Origin: an uncultured virus (IMG/VR IMGVR_UViG_3300035502_000498)
Taxonomy: Duplodnaviria; Heunggongvirae; Uroviricota; Caudoviricetes
Reading direction: 5' to 3' (one strand)
IMG/VR virus record: IMGVR_UViG_3300035502_000498
Length of the DNA stretch: 64,000 bases
The position numbers and the translations under genes were made by a program. Below the pieces are notes generated by a model. That model had not been told where the DNA came from. It did no database searches and worked only from the letters and a program-made list of their open reading frames with translations. This document shows, one piece after another, positions 1 through 9,561 of this stretch; the stretch's first letter is position 1, and each line of letters opens with the position of its first letter.

Positions 1-22
1 AACTCATAAAGTAACTGCCAGA

Positions 23-994
23 ATGGAAGCAGTTAGAAAGAGAAGAGCAAAATTAGAAGATGCTTCTGATTGGTCTTTTAATGCTAGTGATATGGCTATG
101 AGTGGAGCTCCAACTTTCACTTACAATAAACCAGTTGTTCTTGATGATATAGGTGGAATGGGACTTGAGTCAATTGATACAGTTCCTGAATTCAATGTGA
201 TGTCACCAGATATTGAAGCAGCTGTTGGTCAAAATGATGGATTTTTCATGTTGCTCTTCACTGGTGAACCAGACAACGAATATGGTTTCCATGCAGAATT
301 CAGAGACGATACAATGATCTATGGTTATGCAAATAGCTTAGATGAGTTAAAATCTCAAGTTGAATTGCTAGCTAAATACATAATTTTACCATCAGATATT
401 CCTTATGATGAATTCCAAGCAGATCTAGATGGAATCAAAGCAAATGAAGACGACGAAACAATGGATATGAGTGATGCTGGTGCAGATATGGGTTCTATGG
501 ATGCTGGAGCAGACATGAGTGGTTCAGCAGATATGGGTTCAACCCAAGATATGTCTGGAGATGGTACAATGAGTGAAGACAAAAAGCTATTAGAAAGAAA
601 TATGTCTTATACTAGATTTCAAAATACGTTAGAAGACTTAAAAGATTGCTATAACAATATAGAAGATATTTCATATATGAGTGCTGATGAATTAAGAGCA
701 AGGAAAAAACTAATTGAACTCTGTCAAGAAATTGCACAAGATGCTGAATATTTTCTACAAATTGAACCAGAAGACAAAGAATATGAATCTGCAATGAATG
801 AAGATTCTCAATATTATACCTTTAGTATTCCAGCTCAACTTACAGTATCGGTTATGGCAGATTCAGAAGAACTAGCAAAAGATATATTAAGACAAAATTC
901 ATTTATAGGTTTGATGGACAAAGCTATTGTATTTGCAAGAGGAGATGCCGAAGTTAATGAGATTGAGCTTGATGACCCAGATAATGCAATCTAA
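23..994 (+). CDS. Acidic hypothetical protein, possible virion/head protein (may begin before the window)
   Basis: 323-aa D/E-rich ORF with low-complexity DMGS/DAGAD repeats; followed by a terminator-like hairpin. Confidence 0.6.
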   Translation: MEAVRKRRAKLEDASDWSFNASDMAMSGAPTFTYNKPVVLDDIGGMGLESIDTVPEFNVMSPDIEAAVGQNDGFFMLLFTGEPDNEYGFHAEFRDDTMIYGYANSLDELKSQVELLAKYIILPSDIPYDEFQADLDGIKANEDDETMDMSDAGADMGSMDAGADMSGSADMGSTQDMSGDGTMSEDKKLLERNMSYTRFQNTLEDLKDCYNNIEDISYMSADELRARKKLIELCQEIAQDAEYFLQIEPEDKEYESAMNEDSQYYTFSIPAQLTVSVMADSEELAKDILRQNSFIGLMDKAIVFARGDAEVNEIELDDPDNAI

Positions 995-1032
995 TTAGGG
1001 TGAATAGCTCAACTACTATAACAATGCATAGA

Positions 1033-1063
1033 AAATTGCTCCATTATTCAATGGAGCAATTTT
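1033..1063 (+). terminator. Intrinsic terminator-like hairpin
   Basis: AAATTGCTCCATT-attc-AATGGAGCAATTT inverted repeat. Confidence 0.6.
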
Positions 1064-1106
1064 AGTATTTAAGATTGTGGATGATAGTTAATAGAGGAGA
1101 AAGCTC

Positions 1107-1721
1107 ATGTTATTACCAAGTAAGAAGGATATTGCAAAACGATTAGGAAAGAGACCTGAAGATGTTAAGGTTGGAATCTGGACTAGTATTTTAGATGTGT
1201 GTCATCCAGGACACATGACTGCTATGAGAGAAGCAAAAGATCAAGTTGATTTTCTAATTGTTGGTGTAGTAGATGATCCAACTAAAGATCGTGCATGGAA
1301 GAATAAGCCTGTACAATCTCTATTAGAAAGATATATAAGTGCAGCATCTTGTCGTTACGTCGATTGTGTGATACCTCTTTCAGATGAAAAAGATTTGAGA
1401 GATTGTCTTCTGCTTCTTCGTCCAGATAAACGTTTCGTTGGTATAGAATATAAAGATACTGTTTTCACAGGAAGTGATATAGAAGGAATAGAGATTGTTT
1501 ATCTTGAAAGATCACATTCATTCTCTTCTTCAGACTTAAGACAACGTGTATTGGATGCAGGAGAAATAAAGCACAATCCAAATTCAGTATCTATAAGTGA
1601 TATAAAGAATATAGCAGAATATTGGACAGTACCAAGATGTTTAGATGATGAAGCAATAGTGATCAAGAACACACCAGAGTCAGACCCAGATTTAGAAGAT
1701 GTAGGAAAGCAGGACTACTAA
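1107..1721 (+). CDS. Cytidylyltransferase, TagD/glycerol-3-phosphate cytidylyltransferase-like
   Basis: HxGH motif (CHPGH), LIVGV, KPVQSLLER, YVD and terminal RSHSFSSSDLR motif; GAGGAG RBS. Confidence 0.85.
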   Translation: MLLPSKKDIAKRLGKRPEDVKVGIWTSILDVCHPGHMTAMREAKDQVDFLIVGVVDDPTKDRAWKNKPVQSLLERYISAASCRYVDCVIPLSDEKDLRDCLLLLRPDKRFVGIEYKDTVFTGSDIEGIEIVYLERSHSFSSSDLRQRVLDAGEIKHNPNSVSISDIKNIAEYWTVPRCLDDEAIVIKNTPESDPDLEDVGKQDY

Positions 1722-1912
1722 TGATTAGAAAGAATAAGTTTGGCACATATACTGTATATTGCGATTCATGCAGTGATTTTGTAGATACAATAGAAGATAA
1801 TCCAGCAGATGCATGGAGAGAAGCAACTTTAGAAGGATGGGTAAGAATTTTCAATGAAGATTACTCTTCACATTATTGTCCAGAATGCTGGGAGAAGAGA
1901 GGTACGAATTAA
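1721..1912 (+). CDS. Small zinc-ribbon protein
   Basis: CDSC...HYCPEC; stop/start overlap with neighbours. Confidence 0.6.
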   Translation: MIRKNKFGTYTVYCDSCSDFVDTIEDNPADAWREATLEGWVRIFNEDYSSHYCPECWEKRGTN

Positions 1913-2139
1913 TGTATATCAGTTCAATTTCACGTTCATTTTCTCCATGGTTCAGACAAGTGATTACACATGGGAAATTCAAAGACAACGAAATCAATAT
2001 AGCAACAAACTACATCAATAATGAGATGTCTTTTAAATCTATAGAAATATGGAACAAAGACGGATTTCGTAAGTGTGGAAAAGAGAAGATCAATGGGAAG
2101 TTACTAAAGTTATATGATATGTTGCTTCCAAGGAGATAA
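1912..2139 (+). CDS. Hypothetical protein
   Basis: ATG overlaps upstream TAA, AGAGG RBS; start refined from ORF track. Confidence 0.5.
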   Translation: MYISSISRSFSPWFRQVITHGKFKDNEINIATNYINNEMSFKSIEIWNKDGFRKCGKEKINGKLLKLYDMLLPRR

Positions 2140-2142
2140 TGA

Positions 2143-3558
2143 ATGAAAACAAAAGATTTAGTTGTTGCTTTTGGTGCTTTAGGTGCACCAATTCATTTAG
2201 ACGAAAATGCTTCAAGGTTTAATGGTGCAAGTCATTATCCAGCAATATTAAAAGCACTTTTGAGAAATCCAAACATCAAGCATGTTGTTATTATGGGTGC
2301 TATGGGTTCATCAACAGAAAAAGAAGAACTCTGGAAGTCTATAGACCCAGAAGGGAAAATAATCTATCCATTGCCAATGGTTCATAAAATAGCACAGGCT
2401 GTGTGGGGTAAAGATGCAAAGTTTCCTTCTTTTCGAGCACCATATCCAGATGGTTCCAGAGAAATGCTTCCCTATAAGCTTACCAGAAACTTTCAAGATT
2501 TATATGCAAGATATTGCCTAGAGAAAGTTCCAAAGATTGATTTTGGTTTATTCTTTATTACTCAAGGTGCAGCAGGAACAAATATTGCAGGAGTAGTTAG
2601 AAAGAAAACAAATCCAGAAGAGTTCAGAGTGCAACTTCCTTCAGTAGCAGAGAAATGTGGTCCATTCTTACACGCTATCAACATCTTGAACTTTCCATGG
2701 TTTATGCTTTCTTCCGATTATAGGTTGGTTGCATCAATGCCAAGACACGATTGCATAAACTTACCAAAAGCAGTTATGGATCAATGGCATGCTACCACAG
2801 AATGGGAAACTTGTGATTCTTATTCAAATGGCGTGAATCTCACCAAGAAAATACTCACCTCTGATTATGGTGCAATTGAAAGACTCAATCTTGTAGATTC
2901 AACTTATGTAGATCCAGCCAATGATAGACCTATTAAGTTCTCTGTGGTTGCAAATCAATCTGTTCATAGAAATAGTATGGATTGTCAAAGATTTCAACAA
3001 CTTAAAACGTGGATACTTGATGATTCAAGAGGAAGAGATTTCGATATTTATGGAGAATGGTCACCAGCATATATTACAGGAATGAAAGATGGCTCTTCCA
3101 AAGAAGAGCATAATAAGCTCATAGAATACAACAAGAAGTATTTGAATTATGCAGATATACCAAAAGAAGATATAATCTACCCTCAATTCAAAGGAAGAGT
3201 TGATGCTTCTGTTGTTGATGAAGTATTCCAAAATACAAGATACACTGTTTGCTTCCCTGTAATTTCTGGATATCTTACATGGAAGTATTTAGAATCCCTC
3301 ATGAATGGAACTTTACCTTTCATTCCACCATTCTATGATGAACAGTTCAATGCAATTCCAGAAGACTGTCTTCTTAGAGTTTCCGATCCAAACGAAATGT
3401 ATCAGAAGATCGAATGGTTTGAACAACATCCAGATAAGAGAATTGAAGTAGTCAGATATTATCAGAAACTGTGGCTTCAACCTTGCCTAGATGGTTCTTA
3501 CATGTATCCACATATAAATAGATTCTTGGAAAAATACAATATAGATTGCAGACTCTGA
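2143..3558 (+). CDS. GT-B glycosyltransferase, T4 DNA beta-glucosyltransferase-like (paralog 1)
   Basis: C-terminal LTWKYLESLMNGTLPFIPPFYDEQ...LRVSDPNEMYQKIEWFEQHPDKR parallels the T4 BGT C-terminal region; near a dCMP-modifying TS homolog. Confidence 0.7.
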   Translation: MKTKDLVVAFGALGAPIHLDENASRFNGASHYPAILKALLRNPNIKHVVIMGAMGSSTEKEELWKSIDPEGKIIYPLPMVHKIAQAVWGKDAKFPSFRAPYPDGSREMLPYKLTRNFQDLYARYCLEKVPKIDFGLFFITQGAAGTNIAGVVRKKTNPEEFRVQLPSVAEKCGPFLHAINILNFPWFMLSSDYRLVASMPRHDCINLPKAVMDQWHATTEWETCDSYSNGVNLTKKILTSDYGAIERLNLVDSTYVDPANDRPIKFSVVANQSVHRNSMDCQRFQQLKTWILDDSRGRDFDIYGEWSPAYITGMKDGSSKEEHNKLIEYNKKYLNYADIPKEDIIYPQFKGRVDASVVDEVFQNTRYTVCFPVISGYLTWKYLESLMNGTLPFIPPFYDEQFNAIPEDCLLRVSDPNEMYQKIEWFEQHPDKRIEVVRYYQKLWLQPCLDGSYMYPHINRFLEKYNIDCRL

Positions 3559-3600
3559 TTCTTGCATTAGATTGATCTGGTTAATGAATAGGAGGTTCGC

Positions 3601-4176
3601 TTGGACTATAGAGAACTACGAATCAAGTATGCTCCACTAATAAATAAGTTTCTGAGAAAGTATTCACATTTATATAGAGAAGATCTTGAGCAAGAAGCAT
3701 CTATTGCTTTATACAAGGCATACAGAGATTGGAATCCAGAGCATAAGTCAAAGGCATCTTTTCTAACTTTTGCATATAGATATGTTAGAAATCAATGTTA
3801 CTTGTACATGAGAGATAAAGCATGCATAATTAGAACTCCACGATCTATATTTGAAGAAGGAGAACATATTGATTGTCTTAGCTTAGATCAGGAAATGAAA
3901 ACAGGAATCCCTCTTGATGCACTTTGTGGACAGGAAGATCCATTCGAGCAAGACTATGATAAATTCTTAGCTATATGGAATAAGTTGGATAAACTTGTTC
4001 TCAAAGGAATCATAAGTGCAAGAGATTTGAAGTTTCTTCATTTAAGATATGAAGAACAGTATGATTACAAATCTATAGGTTCAATGTACAATTGCAGTGC
4101 TCAGAGAGTTGCTCAGGTAGTTGACAGAACTATTCAAAGAATAAGACCATATTTTCTGGATCGCAAGCCAATTTAA
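3601..4176 (+). CDS. Sigma-70 family RNA polymerase sigma factor
   Basis: Region 2 (EDLEQEASIALYKAYRDWNP...SFLTFAYRYVRN) and region 4 HTH (YKSIGSMYNCSAQRVAQV); AGGAGG RBS, TTG start. Confidence 0.85.
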   Translation: MDYRELRIKYAPLINKFLRKYSHLYREDLEQEASIALYKAYRDWNPEHKSKASFLTFAYRYVRNQCYLYMRDKACIIRTPRSIFEEGEHIDCLSLDQEMKTGIPLDALCGQEDPFEQDYDKFLAIWNKLDKLVLKGIISARDLKFLHLRYEEQYDYKSIGSMYNCSAQRVAQVVDRTIQRIRPYFLDRKPI

Positions 4177-4182
4177 GTATTC

Positions 4183-5574
4183 ATGAAAGATGGGAAATTA
4201 GTAGTTGCATTTGGCGTGCTTGGGAGCGTGCTTCATCTAGATGAAGCAAACGTTAATCGTGCTAATGGTTCAAGCCAGTACCCACCTGTATTGAAGTTGT
4301 TGCTGTCTTCTTCAGAAATAGCACATGTTGTTCTTCATTGTAGAGTTTCAGACAGATCTGTTCCATATCTTAAAGATATAGATCCAGAAGGAAAGATTAT
4401 ATATCCTTCTCCAAAGGTTCTGCAGATTGGTGAGCATATTTGGAAAGATCACCAGTTTTATTCTGCAAGAAAGCCAGATAAGTCTGAGAAAGTAGAATTC
4501 TGGCAATCAAGAGAGTATTGTGATTTATATGTTCAATACTGTAACCAATATTTGCCAAAGATTGATGCAGGTTTCTTTTTCGTTGCTCCAGGTCTTATTG
4601 ATGTTAATATTCCATTTTGCATAAAGAAAAGAAATAGTTCAGATTATAAGTTGCAACTTCCACAGACCCATAAATGCACAGCACCATATCTTCATCTCAT
4701 GAATATACAGAATTTTCCATGGTATTGGATATCTACGGATGATAGATTAATTACACGTAAATACAGAGAAGACATGTTTAATATGCCACAGAAGATTCTT
4801 GGTCAGTGGAATACAGAATACAAATGGCTCTGTGCACCTAGTTACTCAGATGTTGATTCTCGTATAGAAAGAATTCTCAAAGTAACCTATAATGAAATCC
4901 AGAAATTAAATCTGGTTGGACTCAAAGATGAAGATTTTGCAGATCCAGCATCTGAACGAAACACTAAGATGATTGTGGTTGCAAATCAAACTACATACAG
5001 CAATGATCCAACATGTCAAAGATTTAAAGAACTCAAGAAGTGGATTCTTGACTTTGAAGAAAGAACTTCTGTTTCGACAAAAATTATAGGTGATTGGGAC
5101 AATAGTTTCAAATGCAACTTCAGAAGTAAAGTTGCAAAAGAGATGCAACAGTTTAATCTCAGAAAAGATATAAAGATTGAAGATCAGTATTATCCTCAGT
5201 TTATTGGGAAAGTTAAGCCAAAGGAATTAGATGAATATTTCAGAGAAGCACGATATACTCTGTGTTTACCTGTAATACAAGGATACTGCACATGGAAATA
5301 TTTGGAAGCAATTTCTAATGGGGTTCTCCCATTTATTCCACCATTTTATGATGAACAATTCAATGCAATTCCAAAGGATTCTCCAATTAGAGTAAACTCT
5401 CCAGCGGAATTTCATGCCAAGATTGAGTATTTTGAACAACATCCTGAATCACGTATTAAGCTAGTGAAATATTTGCAAAACACTTGCTGTAAACCATATA
5501 CCAATGGTTCATTCATGAAAGAGCAATTGAATCAGTGTTTTGTCGAACAGAATTTGATATTACCATTTTCATAA
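4183..5574 (+). CDS. GT-B glycosyltransferase, T4 DNA beta-glucosyltransferase-like (paralog 2)
   Basis: Full-length paralog of 2143-3558 (LVVAFG.LG..HLDE; IDPEGKIIYP; TWKYLE...LPFIPPFYDEQFNAIP). Confidence 0.7.
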   Translation: MKDGKLVVAFGVLGSVLHLDEANVNRANGSSQYPPVLKLLLSSSEIAHVVLHCRVSDRSVPYLKDIDPEGKIIYPSPKVLQIGEHIWKDHQFYSARKPDKSEKVEFWQSREYCDLYVQYCNQYLPKIDAGFFFVAPGLIDVNIPFCIKKRNSSDYKLQLPQTHKCTAPYLHLMNIQNFPWYWISTDDRLITRKYREDMFNMPQKILGQWNTEYKWLCAPSYSDVDSRIERILKVTYNEIQKLNLVGLKDEDFADPASERNTKMIVVANQTTYSNDPTCQRFKELKKWILDFEERTSVSTKIIGDWDNSFKCNFRSKVAKEMQQFNLRKDIKIEDQYYPQFIGKVKPKELDEYFREARYTLCLPVIQGYCTWKYLEAISNGVLPFIPPFYDEQFNAIPKDSPIRVNSPAEFHAKIEYFEQHPESRIKLVKYLQNTCCKPYTNGSFMKEQLNQCFVEQNLILPFS

Positions 5575-5591
5575 GAAAGGAAAGTACACAG

Positions 5592-6125
5592 ATGAAAATA
5601 ATACAAGCCCCAGAAGACTATATTGCATCTGAACAAGAGATTCCTTGTTTTATGGCTGGTTGTTTGCAAAGAAGTGAATGGCAAGAAGAATTTTTAAGCG
5701 AATTATCTCAATATGATTTGGATAAGTTGGTTGTATATAATCCAAAGAGAGCTTACTTTGATTCAAAGGATTTGGTTCTTCAACAGAACCAGATTGAATG
5801 GGAATTCAAATATCTCAATATGTATTTGAATAGACCTTACATCTTTTCTTTGTATTTTGATGAAAGTGTTTCAGATCAGCCAATGCACTTTTATGAACTT
5901 GGAAGATATCTTTCACTTATGCAAAGTGAAAATGCTTTGAGCTCTGCTGTGGTTTCAGTTCATCCATTGTTTCATAGAAGATTAGATATTCTCATGCAAG
6001 TTCAATTAGTTGCAGGTTTAGAACTAATGCCAATATTGTGCACTCCTACTCATCATGCACAAAAAGTACGAATAAGATATCGTATTTTAGAAGCAGAGCA
6101 GAAAAGAAGGAATCTATTTCAGTAG
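5592..6125 (+). CDS. Nucleoside 2-deoxyribosyltransferase-like / nucleotide N-glycosidase
   Basis: FMAG...WQ...YNPKR...QIEWE...FYELG motif set; start refined to ATG 5592 after AAGGA. Confidence 0.75.
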   Translation: MKIIQAPEDYIASEQEIPCFMAGCLQRSEWQEEFLSELSQYDLDKLVVYNPKRAYFDSKDLVLQQNQIEWEFKYLNMYLNRPYIFSLYFDESVSDQPMHFYELGRYLSLMQSENALSSAVVSVHPLFHRRLDILMQVQLVAGLELMPILCTPTHHAQKVRIRYRILEAEQKRRNLFQ

Positions 6126-6204
6126 TGACAGTATGAAAAGAACTATTCAAAGACTGTCTGTTTTCAATTCATAATTTCTTTTGTTAGATAAGAAAGGCAA
6201 TTAA

Positions 6205-6858
6205 ATGACACTCGATTTAGATATTACACCAGAACTTCTGGTTACAATGTACAATAAACAATACAAACTCCAATGTTATATGAAGGAGAAGAGAGGACTC
6301 ACAATTCCTCCTCCTCCAGATTCAGACAGTATAGATCATGAACACGTTCTTGCTGCTATCTATTTCTTCTCATGCATGAATATAGAATGGGCAGAACTTC
6401 AGGAAGTGTATAATCGTTATCTTGATTCAGATAACGAAGAAGACAAAGATCTTCTTAGAGAAGAGGCTCTTCTTGAGCTTATAGATGTTTTTCACTTTGC
6501 ACTCACCATATTCATATTTCTTGGTCTTAAAGAAGACTTGGTGTCAAAATTAGTGCACTTCAAATTGGGTGCACTTAATTCTTTTGCAGAAACAGTTGGA
6601 TCTTCAGTTTCAGCTATATCTGAGATTCTTCAGATTCTTCCATACAAAACATGGAAGGATGCAGCTCGTATTCAAGTTTTGACTCCAGAATACCAAAAGA
6701 TCTTGCTATCAAAACTTGGGATTGTATATAACAATATCTTAGACTTTGCTCTATACAACTTAGATTCTTCTTATGAAGAATTCATAGCAGCATATCTCCA
6801 AAAGAATGCTTTGAATTTTAAGAGACAAGAGGACAAATCTCTAGGATATATCAATTAG
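6205..6858 (+). CDS. All-alpha dimeric dUTPase/dCTPase-like NTP pyrophosphatase
   Basis: EWAEL...EALLELIDVFHF, PYKTWK and YLQKNALNFKRQE motifs (dUTPase_2 / T4 gp56-like). Confidence 0.75.
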   Translation: MTLDLDITPELLVTMYNKQYKLQCYMKEKRGLTIPPPPDSDSIDHEHVLAAIYFFSCMNIEWAELQEVYNRYLDSDNEEDKDLLREEALLELIDVFHFALTIFIFLGLKEDLVSKLVHFKLGALNSFAETVGSSVSAISEILQILPYKTWKDAARIQVLTPEYQKILLSKLGIVYNNILDFALYNLDSSYEEFIAAYLQKNALNFKRQEDKSLGYIN

Positions 6859-6877
6859 GACAGAACAGGAGAAAATA

Positions 6878-7573
6878 ATGAAGTATATACATGCAGAAAA
6901 TACAAATGATGCTTTTATCCAAGCATTCAAACTTCTTAAGAAAGAAGGAACTGTAACACAACCAAGAGATCAGAAGGTTTTGGAATTAAGAGACTGCTTA
7001 ATTGAGATAGAAGACATATCTGATCCAATATGCACCTTACCTGAATGTCCAACCAAAAAGTCCTACGTTGATGCTGAATTAGATTGGTATTTATCTGGAG
7101 ATCTCAGAGTAGAAACTATTGCTCAGCATTCGAAGTTCTGGACAAAACTTGCTAATCCAAATGGAACATTAAATAGTCAGTATGGATTTCTAACAATGAT
7201 TCAGCAGTGGAATGGAAAGTCCCAATTTCAATGGTGTTTAGAATCTTTGCAAAAAGATCCAGATACACGTCAAGCTATTATGAACTATAATCAACCTATT
7301 CATAAGTTCGAAGGAAATAAAGATTTTGTGTGCACCATCAATCAGAATTTCAGACTTTCTTATGATAAGAAAAAGGTGGAAACTCAGGTGAGCATGAGAT
7401 CAAATGATTTGTACTTAGGTACGAGAAATGACTTACCATGGTTTGCATATGTTCAAAAAGAGATGGCAAATCAATTAGGAAAAGAGATTGGACTATACAC
7501 TCATTTCGCTTATAATCTTCATATTTACGAAAATAGATGGAATGTTATGGAAGAAATTTGTCAGAAATACTAA
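6878..7573 (+). CDS. Thymidylate synthase homolog, dCMP hydroxymethylase-like (T4 gp42 type)
   Basis: ELDWY, NSQYG, DTRQA, catalytic DFVCT, MRSNDLYLGTRND (Asp at the base-specificity position), NLHIYE. Confidence 0.85.
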   Translation: MKYIHAENTNDAFIQAFKLLKKEGTVTQPRDQKVLELRDCLIEIEDISDPICTLPECPTKKSYVDAELDWYLSGDLRVETIAQHSKFWTKLANPNGTLNSQYGFLTMIQQWNGKSQFQWCLESLQKDPDTRQAIMNYNQPIHKFEGNKDFVCTINQNFRLSYDKKKVETQVSMRSNDLYLGTRNDLPWFAYVQKEMANQLGKEIGLYTHFAYNLHIYENRWNVMEEICQKY

Positions 7574-7614
7574 ATTACATTATTAAAAACCACTCCTAGA
7601 GAGTGATCTTACAC

Positions 7615-7645
7615 AGGGATTAGATTCATTTCTAATCCCTTTATA
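7615..7645 (+). terminator. Intrinsic terminator
   Basis: AGGGATTAGA-ttcatt-TCTAATCCCT followed by T-rich tail. Confidence 0.6.
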
Positions 7646-7688
7646 TTTTGTTGTAAGATCACTAATAATTGAATAGGAGAAATTGGTT

Positions 7689-8681
7689 ATGAAAAATTCA
7701 AACCTTTATTATGTGTATGCATATTTGGATCCACGCAAAGAAGGATTCTTTCAATATGGTCCATACAAGTTTAGACATGAGCCTTTTTACATAGGAAAAG
7801 GCAAAGGCTCAAGAATGTATCATCATTTAAAAGAAGCTCGTGCAAATGATTTAAGAATGAATCCTCATAAAGTGTATAGAATTCAGAACATATTAGAAGA
7901 AGGACTTCTTCCTTTGATTGTTAGACTGGCTTTTTATAAGGCAGAGAAAGATGCGTATTCTTCAGAACGAGAATTGGTTCATATAATTGGAAGAAGCTGC
8001 AGTAAAACTGGACCTTTGACCAATATCCAAGAAGGCGGAGATGGAGGAGACACTCGTTCTTTTCTGTCTGATAAAAGAAAAGAAGAAATGCTCAGTAAGT
8101 ATCGAAAAACTCTAGCGAAAAAGAAAGAACTTGGTCTTTATGTGCCTCCTGCTGTTCTGTTTGGAAAAGCTAATCCTATGTATGGAAAAGGTGGTTGTGT
8201 TGGAATATGGAAAGCCAAAGTTGCATCTGGTGAATGGACACAAGAACAGTATCAAGAAAAGTTTGACTCATGGGTAGCTAAGACCTCGCACTCTTTGTCT
8301 AAAGAATCCAAAGAAAAGCTGAGTATATCTTTAAGAGAATACTATAAAACGCATAAGGGAAAGCAAAGATTTGGCTCATCGAATTCTTTCTATGGCAAAC
8401 ATCATTCAGAAGAAACTAAAAGACTTCTTTCAGAAAAGAGAAAAGGAATTCCCTTATCTCTAGAGCATAGAAAAGCCATGTCAAGAGCACTCAAGGGTCG
8501 GAAATTATCTGAGGAAGCAAGGGAAAAATTATTAGGCAAAAATAATCCAATGTATGGTCGTTCTTTTAAAGACGTATGGAAAGCCAAAGTTGTATCTGGT
8601 GAATGGACTCAGGAACAGTACGATGCTAGAATGCGTTTATTTAAAGATAGACTATCTAAAGCTCATCAGAAAAGAATTTAA
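7689..8681 (+). CDS. Free-standing GIY-YIG (LEM-3-like) homing endonuclease with NUMOD3 motifs
   Basis: YYVYAYLDPR...PFYIGKGKGSR, GPLTNIQEGGDG, FYGKHHSEETKRLLS and NPMYG motifs. Confidence 0.85.
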   Translation: MKNSNLYYVYAYLDPRKEGFFQYGPYKFRHEPFYIGKGKGSRMYHHLKEARANDLRMNPHKVYRIQNILEEGLLPLIVRLAFYKAEKDAYSSERELVHIIGRSCSKTGPLTNIQEGGDGGDTRSFLSDKRKEEMLSKYRKTLAKKKELGLYVPPAVLFGKANPMYGKGGCVGIWKAKVASGEWTQEQYQEKFDSWVAKTSHSLSKESKEKLSISLREYYKTHKGKQRFGSSNSFYGKHHSEETKRLLSEKRKGIPLSLEHRKAMSRALKGRKLSEEAREKLLGKNNPMYGRSFKDVWKAKVVSGEWTQEQYDARMRLFKDRLSKAHQKRI

Positions 8682-8723
8682 ATCGGTAACAGAACCATTA
8701 CCATAAATAGGAGCTATAGCATA

Positions 8724-9347
8724 ATGTCATATTTGTCTCAAATAGAGAACTACACTCAAAACGCAGAAGACTATCCTAAATTACTACAATGGAAGACAGA
8801 GTCTCCCCAAAATGATCTTAATTGCATAGGAGCTCCGGAAGCTTATGAAGTAATCCTGAGCTTTTGCAATGAAACAGGCATAGATAAAGATAGAGTATTT
8901 GCATTATCTTCTTTGATGCTTGCTTTAATTCCCTTGATAAATAGTCCAAAGATAGTTGCAGATTATTCAAAAGATTTCAATGGGATTTATGATTTTCAGT
9001 TAACTGTGGACGATTATGTGAAGGTTCTTAAAAATAAGAAACCAACTTCAAAACCAAGAAGAGATCCAAAGAAAAAGTATCTCCCAGAATACAAGGAAAT
9101 TAAAGTTCTTTATATCTTTGGTTTGGAATATGATCCAAAAACTAAACTATGGAAGTTAAGATATAAGCTTTATCCTCAAAGAGCATATTGGGGATTCAGA
9201 TATGAAGAAAAATACAGATCTTTTGAAGAATTGCTGGAATTCGCTGCAAAAGATTTGGTTCATTACTACAGAGAAGAGCAAGTCGACATTAGCATTCCAG
9301 ATGATCCAGAGGAAGAAGACATTCCTCAATGTGAGGAAGATTTATAG
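8724..9347 (+). CDS. Hypothetical protein
   Basis: 207-aa ORF with AGGAG RBS. Confidence 0.6.
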   Translation: MSYLSQIENYTQNAEDYPKLLQWKTESPQNDLNCIGAPEAYEVILSFCNETGIDKDRVFALSSLMLALIPLINSPKIVADYSKDFNGIYDFQLTVDDYVKVLKNKKPTSKPRRDPKKKYLPEYKEIKVLYIFGLEYDPKTKLWKLRYKLYPQRAYWGFRYEEKYRSFEELLEFAAKDLVHYYREEQVDISIPDDPEEEDIPQCEEDL

Positions 9348-9350
9348 TTT

Positions 9351-9470
9351 CCAGAATTGTTAAGTTTTTATAAGTTCTGAAATTATATCAAATTTATTAT
9401 CTTTCGTTATTTTCTATTTTATTCAGAAATAGGGTATTTACTTTTATTTCGTTCTGATAAATAATTAAGA
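9351..9470 (+). promoter_or_regulatory. Repeated early-promoter-like element, copy 1
   Basis: TTAAGTT-N3-ATAAGTT followed by AGGGTATTTACTTTTATTTCGTT..TAAATAATTAAG; similar blocks at 13028, 24163 and 29650. Confidence 0.7.
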
Positions 9471-9561
9471 TGCAAACAACTTAATCTCAGAAACATAGGT
9501 CGGATCCGAACCTCTGAGGAGTTGAAAATCAAAGTAGAACAAAAGATAAGAGGAAATTCAG

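Noticed and set aside
7573..7689. Group I intron in the TS-like gene hosting the GIY-YIG ORF
   Set aside because: The TS-like ORF is complete through NLHIYE and followed by a terminator; the endonuclease has its own RBS
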